A stretch of 64,000 bases of DNA from Utricularia gibba. Lineage: Eukaryota; Plantae; Magnoliophyta. Location: positions 1,178,001 to 1,242,000 of the forward strand of contig NEEC01000009.1 in the NCBI GenBank assembly GCA_002189035.1. Direction: 5' to 3'. Positions within the stretch are counted from its first letter, which is position 1, and each line of letters begins with the position of its first letter. Under the pieces are notes generated by a model. It saw nothing but the letters and a program-made list of their open reading frames with translations. It was not told the DNA's origin and did not search any database. The position numbers and the translations under genes were made by a program. Below, one piece after another: positions 1 through 10,658 of the stretch.

Positions 1-31
1 ATGCACATACATCTATCTGTGTTGTTGGCAG

Positions 32-170
32 GTATCTGATAGCTTCACATACAACAGATTACCAACACCCCATGCTTTTGTTCAACACACTCGCAGTCCT
101 CGTTTTGGTCGTCGCCAAGTTCCCCAACATGCACAAAGTTCGAATCTTCGGCATTAATGGAGACCAGTGA
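32..170 (+). CDS. ORM: ORMDL/orosomucoid-like sphingolipid regulator, last exon only (gene starts before the window)
   Basis: After acceptor ttggcag (ends at 31) the exon reads G|TAT CTG... = YLIASHTTDYQHPMLLFNTLAVLVLVVAKFPNMHKVRIFGINGDQ* (TGA 168-170). This is the characteristic plant ORM C-terminus. It is missed by the ORF track. Confidence 0.9.
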
Positions 171-739
171 AAGGGTAAAGAGACCCTGTGTGTGGTGATG
201 CAGTTCTGTTGCTGGTAAAGAAGGTGATCACCCCCACCCGCTCCATATCCAGGAGCTGAAAGCGTTGATATCCTCAGTAGCTGTACTATGTAATGACACA
301 AATAAAGGCCATGAGCCGGGTTTTCTCTGTACAGAAGAACAGTTATTGTCGAATGCGCTTGGGCTATATATACCAGTGCATAAACTGGAGGACTGTTCAA
401 ATACCTGCTTCTGAAAATGGGGAAAAGAAAACAAAAGACCTAATTAGTGAAATGACATGCTTACCCCTAGCAATGAATGGTCCCAATCATACAAGGCATG
501 TGTTTTAGGTATTTTTTTTTATTTAAGTCTCCTCCAGATTCGAAAGAAGCGTACTTTGTGTCGGCTGAATAATGAATGGGAACCGGCGGATGAACAATCC
601 CGGCGCTAGTCTGATTTTTCTTTTAGATATCGTATGGTTGGCATTTTTCGAATGAGTGAAATTGTACTGAAGAAACTGACTGGGAGTCTTCAACGGTTTG
701 CGCAATCCGCTGCGATCAAGGGTTGCGCCATCCGCCGCA

Positions 740-3700
740 ATGAGCCTATCGAAGGCAGATTTGCCGACTTGTCTCCGGCGAGCGTGGTTGCATTTGAGGT
801 TGTCGGTTCGTGACCCAACTCGGGTCGGAACATGGGACGCCATTTTGGTGACGGCAGCGAGCCCTGATCAGGCTCAACTATACAACAGGCAGCTCGATCG
901 TGCCAAGAGAATGGGACGCATTGCTGAGTCTACAGTTACTTTGGCTGTTCCGGATCCGCTTGGCATGCGGATTGGATCTGGAGCTGCCACTCTTAATGCC
1001 GTTCGTGCTCTCGCTGATCACCTTCATCGCTTTTCAACGGTGCGTCCGACATATTATCATAATTCATAACTGTGCCTTTTTGCGCTTCAGGTAGTTGGTG
1101 AGTTTAATCTTGGAGTCTTCTGCTTGCGTGTTTCTGTGTGTTTTTTACACAGGGAGCAAATTCTACGAGTTTGGACAATGGTTCCTCCCCTGAATGCTCA
1201 AGTGAGGAGATTGGGCTTTCTGCACTTGTTGATTTACTCCGGGAAAAGCATATACTTTTGGTTCATGCTGGAGGTGACTCTAAGAGGGTACCCTGGGCTA
1301 ATCCGATGGGAAAAGTTTTCCTTCCACTTCCCTACATGGCAATAGACGACCCTGACGGCCCAGTCCCTTTGCTTTTTGATCATATACTTGCAATCGCCTC
1401 TTGTGCAAGGCAGGCGTTTCGTAATAAAGGTTGATTGCTATGTCTTCCCAAGTTTCATCAGCCCCATGAGTAGTTCAAGAATGATGCCTTTTCCTTTTGT
1501 TGGCAGATGATTCACCCCCCCAGTTTTCTTTCAGGTGGGTTATTCATTATGACTGGAGATGTCCTTCCTTGTTTTGATGCGTTTAGCATGGTTCTTCCCG
1601 ACGATATGGCTTCCATTGTGACTGTCCCGATAACTCTTGATATAGCTGCAAACCATGGTGTTGTTGTGGCATCTAACTCCGAGCAACTAATTCATAATCC
1701 ATCAGTTGCTTTGGTTGAAAATCTGCTACAGAAACCAACTATAAATGAACTCCATGACCACCAAGCTGTTCTTTGTGATGGAAGAACACTACTTGACACT
1801 GGAATCATAGCAGTCAAAGGCAAAGCATGGACTGATCTTGTTGTACTTGCAATTTCCAGCCGATCAATGATATTAGAACTAATGCAAAGCAGGATGGAGG
1901 CAAGTCAGTATCTTTTTTTGCAGATATGCTTTCATGTCTTCAGTCATGGCATATCTGTTTCTGAAAGTGTCTTCATTTCTCGGATTTCTCTTTATTGGAG
2001 TCACATGATGGTTTCTGCAGATGAGCTTGTATGAAGATTTGATAGCAGCATGGGTACCTGTTAAGCATTTCTGGTTGAAGCAACGCCCCTTTGGTGAAGA
2101 GCTTGTCAGAGTCCTCGGGAAACAAAAAATATTCAGTTATTGCGCAAGTATGTTCAGTTATTTCAATTTTATGCCACCTTCATAAAATTTGGATCTAGGG
2201 AATCTAACACCCTTTTTTTTTTGTTTGCTTTGTGTAGATGACTTATTGTTTTTGCACTTTGGCACCTCAAGTGAAGTTCTCCATCACTTAAATAGTACGG
2301 GTTCTGGAATTCTTGGTAGGAGGCACCTTTGTTCCATTCCATCGACCATGGCATCTGATATTTCATCATCAGCCATTGTCATATCTAGTACAATATCTCC
2401 TGGTGTTGCCGTTGGTGAGGAATCACTTATCTATGATTCATCCATTTGTACTGGTGTACGGGTTGGTTCTCAGTCAGTAGCTGTTGGACTGAGGATGCCT
2501 GATGTCAGTGTGTCTGTTGGAGATTCGTTCAGGTTCACCCTTCCTGACCGCCACTGTCTCTGGGAGGTTCCCTTGCTTGGATATACGGAACGAGCCATAG
2601 TGTTCTGTTGTATCCATGATAATCCAAAACTTCCAATGTCCAAGGGTGGAACATTCTGTGGAAAACCCTGGATAAAGGTTTTAGAGGATTTACATATTAA
2701 TGATTCTGATATCTGGGGTTCAAAAGAATGCATAAATAAATGCTTATGGAATGCTAAAATATTTCCGGTTCTCTCTTACTCTCGGATGCTCCAGCTGGCT
2801 ACATGGCTTATGGGATTGAATAGCCATGAAGATGAGCTTCTGTGTTCATGGAAAAATTCAACACGTATCAGCCTCGAGGAGCTTCACAAATCAATTGATT
2901 TCTCAGAGATGTGGTTTGGCTCCATACGACACCAAACAGATATTGCCGCACAGATTGTCAATGCTTCTCTCAACTTTGGATTGCTTAGCCGCAATGTATT
3001 CCAATTATGCCAAGAAATTTTGGAGAGGGGAGATGATGGAATTGAAATATGTAACAAGTTCCTTTCGTTCTATCCAAATATTGACACTCAAAATCCTCAG
3101 ATTCTTCCAAAGAGCAGGGCTCACCAGGTACATCTTGACCTTCTGCGAGCATGCAATAATGAGAAGCTGGCTGCTCAGATGGAGCAGACGGTGTGGGCTG
3201 CCGTTTCAGAAGAAACTGCTTCTGCTGTGAAATACAGCCCAAGGTCAAGATCCTTTAACTGCTCATCTCTGGTGGCACGGGCATCTGCACCTGGTCATTC
3301 TTTTTCCCTTAGGAATGTGAAGGTAGAGTTGCCTGTTCGAGTTGACTTTGTTGGTGGTTGGAGTGACACCCCTCCATGGAGTTTGGAGCGTTATGGTTGT
3401 GTTCTGAACATGGCAATCACGCTGGGAGGATCTCGTCCTGTTGGTTCTTCTATAGAAGCAAAAGAAGGGAAGGGGGTTTTGATGACTGACGATGCAGGAA
3501 ACAAATTGGAAGTTCAAAATATTTCATCCATTTCTCCCCCATTTCACTCTGATGATCCATTTAGGCTTGTCAAATCTGCCCTGTATGTCACTGATGTTGC
3601 AAATGAGCCGATTATTCAGCTGAGTAGCCTCCATATAAAGACATGGGCCAATGTACCACGTGGGAGTGGGCTGGGAACTTCCAGCATCTTACTGGCTGCT

Positions 3701-4448
3701 GTTGTTAAGGCTCTTCTTCTAATAACTGGCAGAGATCCTAGTAATGAAAATGTCACTCGACTTGTCTTAGTCTCAGAGCAGGTAATGGGCACTGGGGGCG
3801 GTTGGCAGGACCAAGTTGGCGGCCTCTATCCAGGAATTAAGTTTACATCTAGCTTTCCCGGTATACCTTTAGATCTTCAAGTCATTCCCCTGATAGCTTC
3901 CACCAAGCTGATTGAAGAATTAAAGCAAAGACTTTTGGTTGTGTTCACGGGTCAGGTGAGCGCCAATTGCTTGTACCTCAATTTCAATTGACTGTCCGAC
4001 TTGTTTTTAGTCAAGCTATTTCATTTCCTTGAGCTCATTCATGTGATTGCAGGTTCGACTTGCCCACGAAGTCCTCCAGAATGTGGTCATTAGATATCTC
4101 AGACGCGATAACCTTCTAGTTTCTAGCATCAGACGCCTCATTGAACTAGCAAGGATAGGGAGGGATGCTCTGATGAATTGTGATTTAAATGAGCTAGGGA
4201 CTGTAATTCTGGAGGCGTGGACTATGCATCAAGAGCTTGATCCATTCTGTAGCAATGCATCTGTGGACAAGCTTTTTGCATTTTGTGATCCCTATTGCTG
4301 TGGATATAAGCTTGTGGGGGCTGGAGGTGGGGGTTTCGCATTGATGTTAGCTAAGAATGTTGAATCTGCAACGAAACTACGGCACTTGATCACAGATCAT
4401 CCCGAGTTTGACGCTATATTCTATGACTGGGACATATTTCCTGCTTGA
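740..4448 (+). CDS. FKGP: Bifunctional L-fucokinase / GDP-L-fucose pyrophosphorylase, 6 exons, about 1060 aa
   Basis: Exons 740-1039, 1153-1429, 1535-1899, 2021-2147, 2238-3955 and 4053-4448 join in frame (3183 nt). Motifs: WDAILVTAAS, RIGSGAATLN, HAGGDSKRVPWANPMGK, and the GHMP-kinase motifs PVRVDFVGGWSDTPPW, PRGSGLGTSS and GAGGGGF. Confidence 0.95.
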
Positions 4449-4845
4449 AGATGAGATTTAGATCATATTCAGTGAATGAGTTGTATTATTATGAATTTAC
4501 ATCGCTTGATGTATTGATTCTCATGCTACATTACTTGTTTGTGCATGAAATTTGTTGATAAAAAAGTTCAGCTTCTTGCAGCCTGTGTTGTAATGAAGTG
4601 TGGATTTCTAGTTGGAAATGGGGAAAGGAACACATACAATACAATAACCATGGGAATTGAGAAATTCACAGCAGGTACTTTTGTCTTGTCATTTATTTTC
4701 TCTTTTTGGATTTCTGCTGCTCTTCCATTGGATAACTTGCTTCAATCCTCTCCGTATGCTGCCCTGAAATTAATGATCTCATTTGTACTACCTTCCAGTC
4801 AAGAACTTCGAATATAAATGTGGTTTGATGCGAATTACAATTGTC

Positions 4846-5547
4846 TTAACTGAAGCTTTTAATTCTGTACCAGTTTTTGTACGACCCAGCAATAGCAGAT
4901 GAAGAATGAAAGTAACTGCTGGTAAGAAAACTAACCAGGAGATGACGTGGCCTCGGATATGGGATACTGCAGAAACTCCCTTTGCTTCTCAGCTGCTTGT
5001 TCTCAAGGATGATTTCATCGCTTTCCCAGCTGCTGTTTGATGGCGATAAAAATCTGAAACTGGCGCCCCCATTCTTCTTGCGGGCTTTCAGATCATCGAG
5101 CCCGTCATCTCCTAGCTCTTTTTGCTCCCCAACAGTCGGAAACACTTGAACATTGTCCCCACCTAGAGCTGGACTGCCTCTGCTGCTGTTGCCTCCACTC
5201 TCCAAGGAATATCTTAGCAACCTGAAAGACGAGAACTTGGGGCGTCCGACGGCACGGGGGCCGTCGAGAACGGAGGTGGGAGATGGGGTTAGTGGGAAAA
5301 CCCTGCAGGGTGGAAGCTCCAAGCATTTGGGTGGCTGCTGCAGCTGATCCAGCTGCATCACCGCCCCCAGAGTGAATCTTCGGGGAACTCCTGGTTTCTC
5401 CTCCCATCTGAAAGGGACCGCGGCCGAGGTTTGCAGCGGCGGTGTAGGCGGACGCGGTGGTGAGTTCGTAGCCGCCGTTGCCGGAACTCGTAGCAACGGA
5501 AGAGCCAAGCTTCTCATCTCCACAGCTCCATCGTTGCTGCTACCCAT
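4846..5547 (-). CDS. DUF688-family uncharacterised protein; exact C-terminus uncertain (possible intron from 4935)
   Basis: 233-aa ORF with the DUF688 hallmark PPxQTSAAVPFRWEEKPGVP, plus LELPP and SPTSVLDGP motifs. Confidence 0.75.
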   Translation of the reverse strand: MGSSNDGAVEMRSLALPLLRVPATAATNSPPRPPTPPLQTSAAVPFRWEEKPGVPRRFTLGAVMQLDQLQQPPKCLELPPCRVFPLTPSPTSVLDGPRAVGRPKFSSFRLLRYSLESGGNSSRGSPALGGDNVQVFPTVGEQKELGDDGLDDLKARKKNGGASFRFLSPSNSSWESDEIILENKQLRSKGSFCSIPYPRPRHLLVSFLTSSYFHSSSAIAGSYKNWYRIKSFS

Positions 5548-6789
5548 GATCCTGTTACTTGAGATACAATAGACGAAAATGGCGCAGGGAACTGTAACGG
5601 AATTTCTAGGCCTAGGGAGAGGGACAGGGCGGTTGATGATGGTAGAATAATGAATGAGAAGACTGACTAGTTACTCCCAGAAGTAAATGTAAAATAATGG
5701 CTGTTGGAGGAAATGCAGAAGCGTCGCAGGAATAAGAACCTTATACTACATAATTATGTAACCAGCGGCCGGACTCCAAATTGATTGTTAGAGATGGATG
5801 ACACCATCACCAGGCAATCAGCCGTTAAATAGTATCAAGGCAATGCCCGAACAGGATAGCATTCGAATGTGAAGGAATAAGATCTTGCCTTCAAATTAAA
5901 GATGGAGAGCCGCTGCAACTTTTGGTAGGCTCTTCCACTATCCCCATGTTTCAAAATACAAATTAAAGTTGGTTTCCTGTTAGAGAAAAGCAACCTGGAA
6001 TAAAGAGAAAGGACAAGAAAACAAAACAACAGGCACTTCATTGTGTGCTGACTGATAGCCACTTGCTTCCATGCTCAAGGGAATTCCAATATATATATTT
6101 ACTTGGATGAAAGGCACAGAAAAACAAGAGGGGCTTCAATGTGTACTGACTCAAGAACACACTGCTAAGAAAGTGCAGGTGATCAGAACACTTTCACATT
6201 CTTTGTTCCATGCCACACCCCATCTGCTAGATTTGAAGGACAGAAAATGCTCTGTAAGATCGGACAGAGGGTGACTGAGGAGCTAGAGATGAGGCTGTAA
6301 ATTGTGTAAGTAAATGCTGTGCTGATTCGCAAATGGAATGCAAAATCAGCAATATTTAACAGACAACACAAAATCAGAACAAAACAGCAATGCGTACTTG
6401 CACGTTCAGTGAGTTTGACTCTGATGCAGACTCAAACTAACTGAACGAAAATACAGGTAACGGCTTCAGTGAAACAAGCTGATGAGTGCCATGAGACCAT
6501 GGCCTCGTTTGCACGACTTGAGACTGCGTCTTCGTACTGCCAGCAAGATAATATGATCGCTATGCTGTCTTCCATGCTGGCTTCTGAGCTGGCATCAACC
6601 ATGCTCAGATCCCCAAAACATGGCATCTAGCACTTTCAGAAGGTGTGAGAACGCATGACTCCGTATAGCAAGTCTCAGATCCATGGTCTCAAAAAAAGGC
6701 TACCCCGTGGGAAGAACTCGTGGGCATGCTGGGGAAGCGACGGTAGGAATCACAAATAAGACCCCAGGATTACATTGGGAAACACAAAT

Positions 6790-7929
6790 AACCTTCTTGT
6801 GACCAAATCGCTTCCTTCTATGTGTCTCCGTGTGAACTCTATATAATTCATCTCAAAAAGTTCCTCATCCTCTTCCCTTAGCATTACATTGGAAATCACA
6901 ATGCTCTGAAAAATCTGTTGCAAAACATCATCTCTAGCAAATAATGCATGATTGCACACTGGAGCTGACTATGGTTAAACACTTAATAGCGGTAAATGTC
7001 AGCTCCTCCCGAGTGGGGGAACTCGAGGCAACTACCAACAAACCCCACACTGCCTCCACAAACTCGCTCGAATATTTCTGAAATGGCTCCCTCTCCTTCT
7101 TCATAAACAGGCTAATAATTTCACATACAGCAGCACGCAAAGAGTCAACCACAGCAAGCCCATCATTCCAGTGTCTTCTAAAGCAGAAGATCTAACAGTC
7201 AAGTGTCTGTTAAATTCAATCATCCACTCATCAAGGTGATCCTCATAATATTCAGGAAGATCCTGAGAGCAAAGTGACTGGATGATGCTGCCGCACAACT
7301 TTTGCAAGTCGATATACCCTTTGAGAATACCAGCATTAGTTGTCACTGACCCGATCAAGTGGTCCAAAAATCGAGCCTTCCGTTTAAACAATTCCAACAA
7401 TGGCTTCGCAAAGATATCTCGGCAGTACTTCAAATCAAGCCACAACTCATTAGCCCAAATTCGTGCCTAAACTTCAGAAATGTAGAATCGATTGTTGCCA
7501 AAAAAAAACCCCATTCACCGAAGCATATGAATTCACCTGACTTAAATTTGCAAGAGTGACAACTAATTCCAACAACAAAGTGGTCCAGTTCCTAGGAAAA
7601 TCATGCTTTCCAACTTCTGTTAAGGCTTGACTAAGACCTTGAATCATTGGCAGTGAATCAACCATCAGAGTAACGATTAAAGCCTTAATCAGGGTCTGCT
7701 GCCCAATGACTCTTCACATGGTTTTTGAAATTCACAGCCGCCGACTGTCGGATCTGTTCATCTAGACTTGTCACGGCAACAAGTCGAAGAACCGCTAATG
7801 CGTAGTTTGGACGCCTGGTAGCCTCCACAAGCTTCGCCTCTTCTTGGCGTCGAGGTTCCGGTCCCGGGAGCACGCATTGAGAAAGCATTCAGAGAGGAAG
7901 TTGAGAAATTCGCGTGTAATCGCATCCAT
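6790..7929 (-). pseudogene. CAS: Exportin-2 (CAS/CSE1, importin-alpha re-exporter) pseudogene, 5' ~40% only
   Basis: Fragments lie in shifting frames: [18 protein letters not shown] / [24 protein letters not shown] / GKHDFP / LDLKYC / QDLPEYYEDHLDEWMIEF / VDSLRAAVCE / [27 protein letters not shown]. There are at least six frame changes and an internal deletion near 7690, and nothing exportin-like follows. Confidence 0.85.
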
Positions 7930-8094
7930 TAACACCCAGATTCCCAAACCTCGATAGAAATACTAGAATCTAGTCCGCTCGCCGAAATGCGAACCAGATA
8001 ACGATAAATCTCCTGATTTCGAACCGAGGAGGAAGTAACGATCAGACATAAAAGAATTTGAAAACAAGAACAAGAGGGAACGGAGGCGCCTCTG

Positions 8095-8101
8095 ATTTAT
8101 A
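8095..8101 (-). promoter_or_regulatory. TATA box upstream of the exportin pseudogene
   Basis: TATAAAT on the minus strand, followed about 20-30 nt later by a pyrimidine-rich tract (cctccgttccctcttgttcttg). Confidence 0.4.
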
Positions 8102-8538
8102 AACTACCCATTTCCAGAAAACGCGGCCCAATAGGAATCTACTTGGACCCAGCCCATTATATACAAAGCCACAGCCTCCTCCTCCTCACTTCTCAGGTTC
8201 GTTTGAAGTTTCTTTCCTATTTAAGAAAATTACACATTAAACGGCGCTTGGAAGTTTATTTTATTGAAATTAATTATTCAATCGATCGAACATATGAAAT
8301 ATAAAATACACAATAAACGTAGATCACATTAGAAAATATTAGATCCAATACTTATTATTGATTTGAAATCTATTATACATCTATTTTACTTTTTATTTTA
8401 ATATCTTTTGTTTTAAAGCACAAAAACAGAAAATTTGTGGGAAATTCTTGGACAGCAGGGCGGGCAGGGGCAGGCGGCGTGGCGTGGCGTGGCGTGGCTT
8501 GTAAACTACTAAAAGCGCAGCGTGTCGGGCAAGTGTTC

Positions 8539-9430
8539 CACGTGAAGCGCGTGATGATTACTATTTTTATTTTATTTACTGGCAGTAAAAAATAAAATAC
8601 TGGCAGTAAAAAATAAAATAGCATTCAAAGCGCGCGGGCGTGGTTGACGGCACATGTGGACTGCGTGACAGCCTGACAGCTAGTCGTAGCAGCTACCCCA
8701 TGTGAACCGCGTGACATGCTTGCCTTCCTTACTCGACCATGGTCAACCCCCCGACCCCGGTTAATGTTCATTTTGAAAGTTAACCACTGTACATTTATCT
8801 CACACACACTAATCATAAAAAAATACACGTAAAGTGGGTAAATTTCTAAACACACTAAAACACAGTCGTTATTTTTCAAATTAACTCACTGTCGGTTAAT
8901 CCCCCTTCCCGCCCCCACCACGTGACCCCCATTTAACAGCCACTCTCCGCCGGTCACATGCTTATTTTTGGTCGCCTGGTGTGGGCCCGCCTCACAAAAA
9001 TAGTAGTACCCGAACAATAATCGGATGCCGCGTGCAAAATTAGGCCGAAAGGGAAAGATACCCGTATGGGTTGGTTGGTTACATGTGCACTGTTTATGAC
9101 CGACACCTCTGCCCGTACAACGCCACACTCCTCCTCATTCGTTTTTAAATACAATAAACCGCGTTTTTAAGCACGTTAAATAAATAATTTTCCCCACGTG
9201 CAAGAATGTAAGAAGAAGACAATACCAGTTTTTCTTGCCCGTAGAAGAACAAGCGAAATAACATTATTTTTCTTCAATTTAAATGGAAAAAATGTGCTTC
9301 GCAAAATTGGGGGGTGTCATATTGTGTATGGGGAGCGGGGGAGACAGATGGGAGGTGCCCCCTATCATTTGTCCGTCCTTCCCCTGTCCAACCGCCTTTG
9401 GAAAATGGTACTTTGACACTTCAAAACGTG
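8539..9430. promoter_or_regulatory. Cluster of G-box / MYC-type and CGCG (CAMTA/RSRE) elements upstream of the JAM2-like bHLH
   Basis: CACGTG at 8539, 8919 and 9195. CACATG at 8651 and 8955. CACGTT/AACGTG at 9171 and 9425. Several CGCG boxes, including CGCGTT at 9160. Confidence 0.55.
8577..8620. repeat. Perfect 21-bp tandem duplication
   Basis: actggcagtaaaaaataaaat occurs twice (8578-8598 and 8599-8619). Confidence 0.9.
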
Positions 9431-10658
9431 TGTGCAGGCATCAGGTCCGTAAATACCCAATCATTAATTTCTTTATTAATTGAAGACAAATAATATTGTT
9501 CATTTTCACTATTTATTTTCAAGATTTCATTTTTTATATCTTTTTTAAATATAGAACTTATTCCAAGTAAAATCCTAAATGACTATCTTCTCTATAGGTC
9601 GAATTCAACTATGTTCCCTTGGGGGCTTATGGGTATGATGTAATACATTTTATTTGAGAGTCATTTGGAAAATTGTACATTTGTACATTCTCTCTCATAT
9701 ATTAAATTAAAAAAGTTATATTATGATTATTCAGTTTTCTTATACAATCATGAGAGGATGGTCAAATTTTTAATGCATTCTTTTATTCGAATGTTAACAC
9801 TCATAGATCTAGTTTTAAAGTTTACATTATTTTTTGATTGTTATGGTGTGTTATTTAATAATTTATTTATATAGTTGTAATATATGCGTAAGCGGCGATT
9901 GGGGTAAAAGGATGTCAGCGTTAAATCTCGAGTGAAATTGATGAGAAATGGAGGTTTTCACAGAGAGGGCAATTTAGGAAATTAGAATCGTGGGAGGGGA
10001 ATAATCATATGATCATTGTGCTATAAAAAAGAAAGGTAAGGGATGGTGGCGCGGAGCGGATAGGTCATGGATCATGTGACCGGCATTCTTCTTGGATGGG
10101 CGTGGCGACCCCATGAAAATGAAGGGTGAGAAATGGCAATTTTGGTTGCCGGACTTCGTCTCTGCTTCCTTTCAACCGAACCGTTTTTTAGTTGATTTGC
10201 TTTTTCTGCCGTATAATCGAATCTACGAAGCCCAATCCGCATGCACTGCACCTCCACCTGCTGGGGTGTTAACCAGTTTCTCCTATTCTGCCTCACGAAT
10301 CATCTATCTTGTATTCGCATTCCAGATTGCGGATTTTGTTTTGAAGTATGCCCCCCGTTTACATAGATCTTCTGTTTGGTTTTCTTAGTATTCTGGAATC
10401 TTATTTTCATGCGTGCCTTCAGTGACTGTATGTTTGAGATCTGAGTCTGGAGTGTGGCCTTTTTGTTTTTTGTTTTTTTCCTAGAAAGTAGAGATCTTTT
10501 CTGTTGAGATGGGATGTGGCCCGATGAATGCCTAAGATTTTGGATTAATTGAACCAAGTGTGGATATCCGTTCCTTTACTGTGGCTGTGGCTGTGGGTTT
10601 TCATCTCTGGACCTTCCGGAACGTGGGTGGTGTTGGGGGACACAAATAGAATTTTGTC

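Noticed and set aside
59-508. Track ORFs 59-400(-), 228-434(-) and 293-508(+)
   Set aside because: They overlap the ORM last exon and its 3' UTR; no recognisable protein features.
1091-1097. Possible 7-nt micro-exon (cag|GTAGTTG|gtgagt) in FKGP intron 1
   Set aside because: The flanking introns would be only 51 and 55 nt and the frame would break; a single 113-nt intron keeps the frame.
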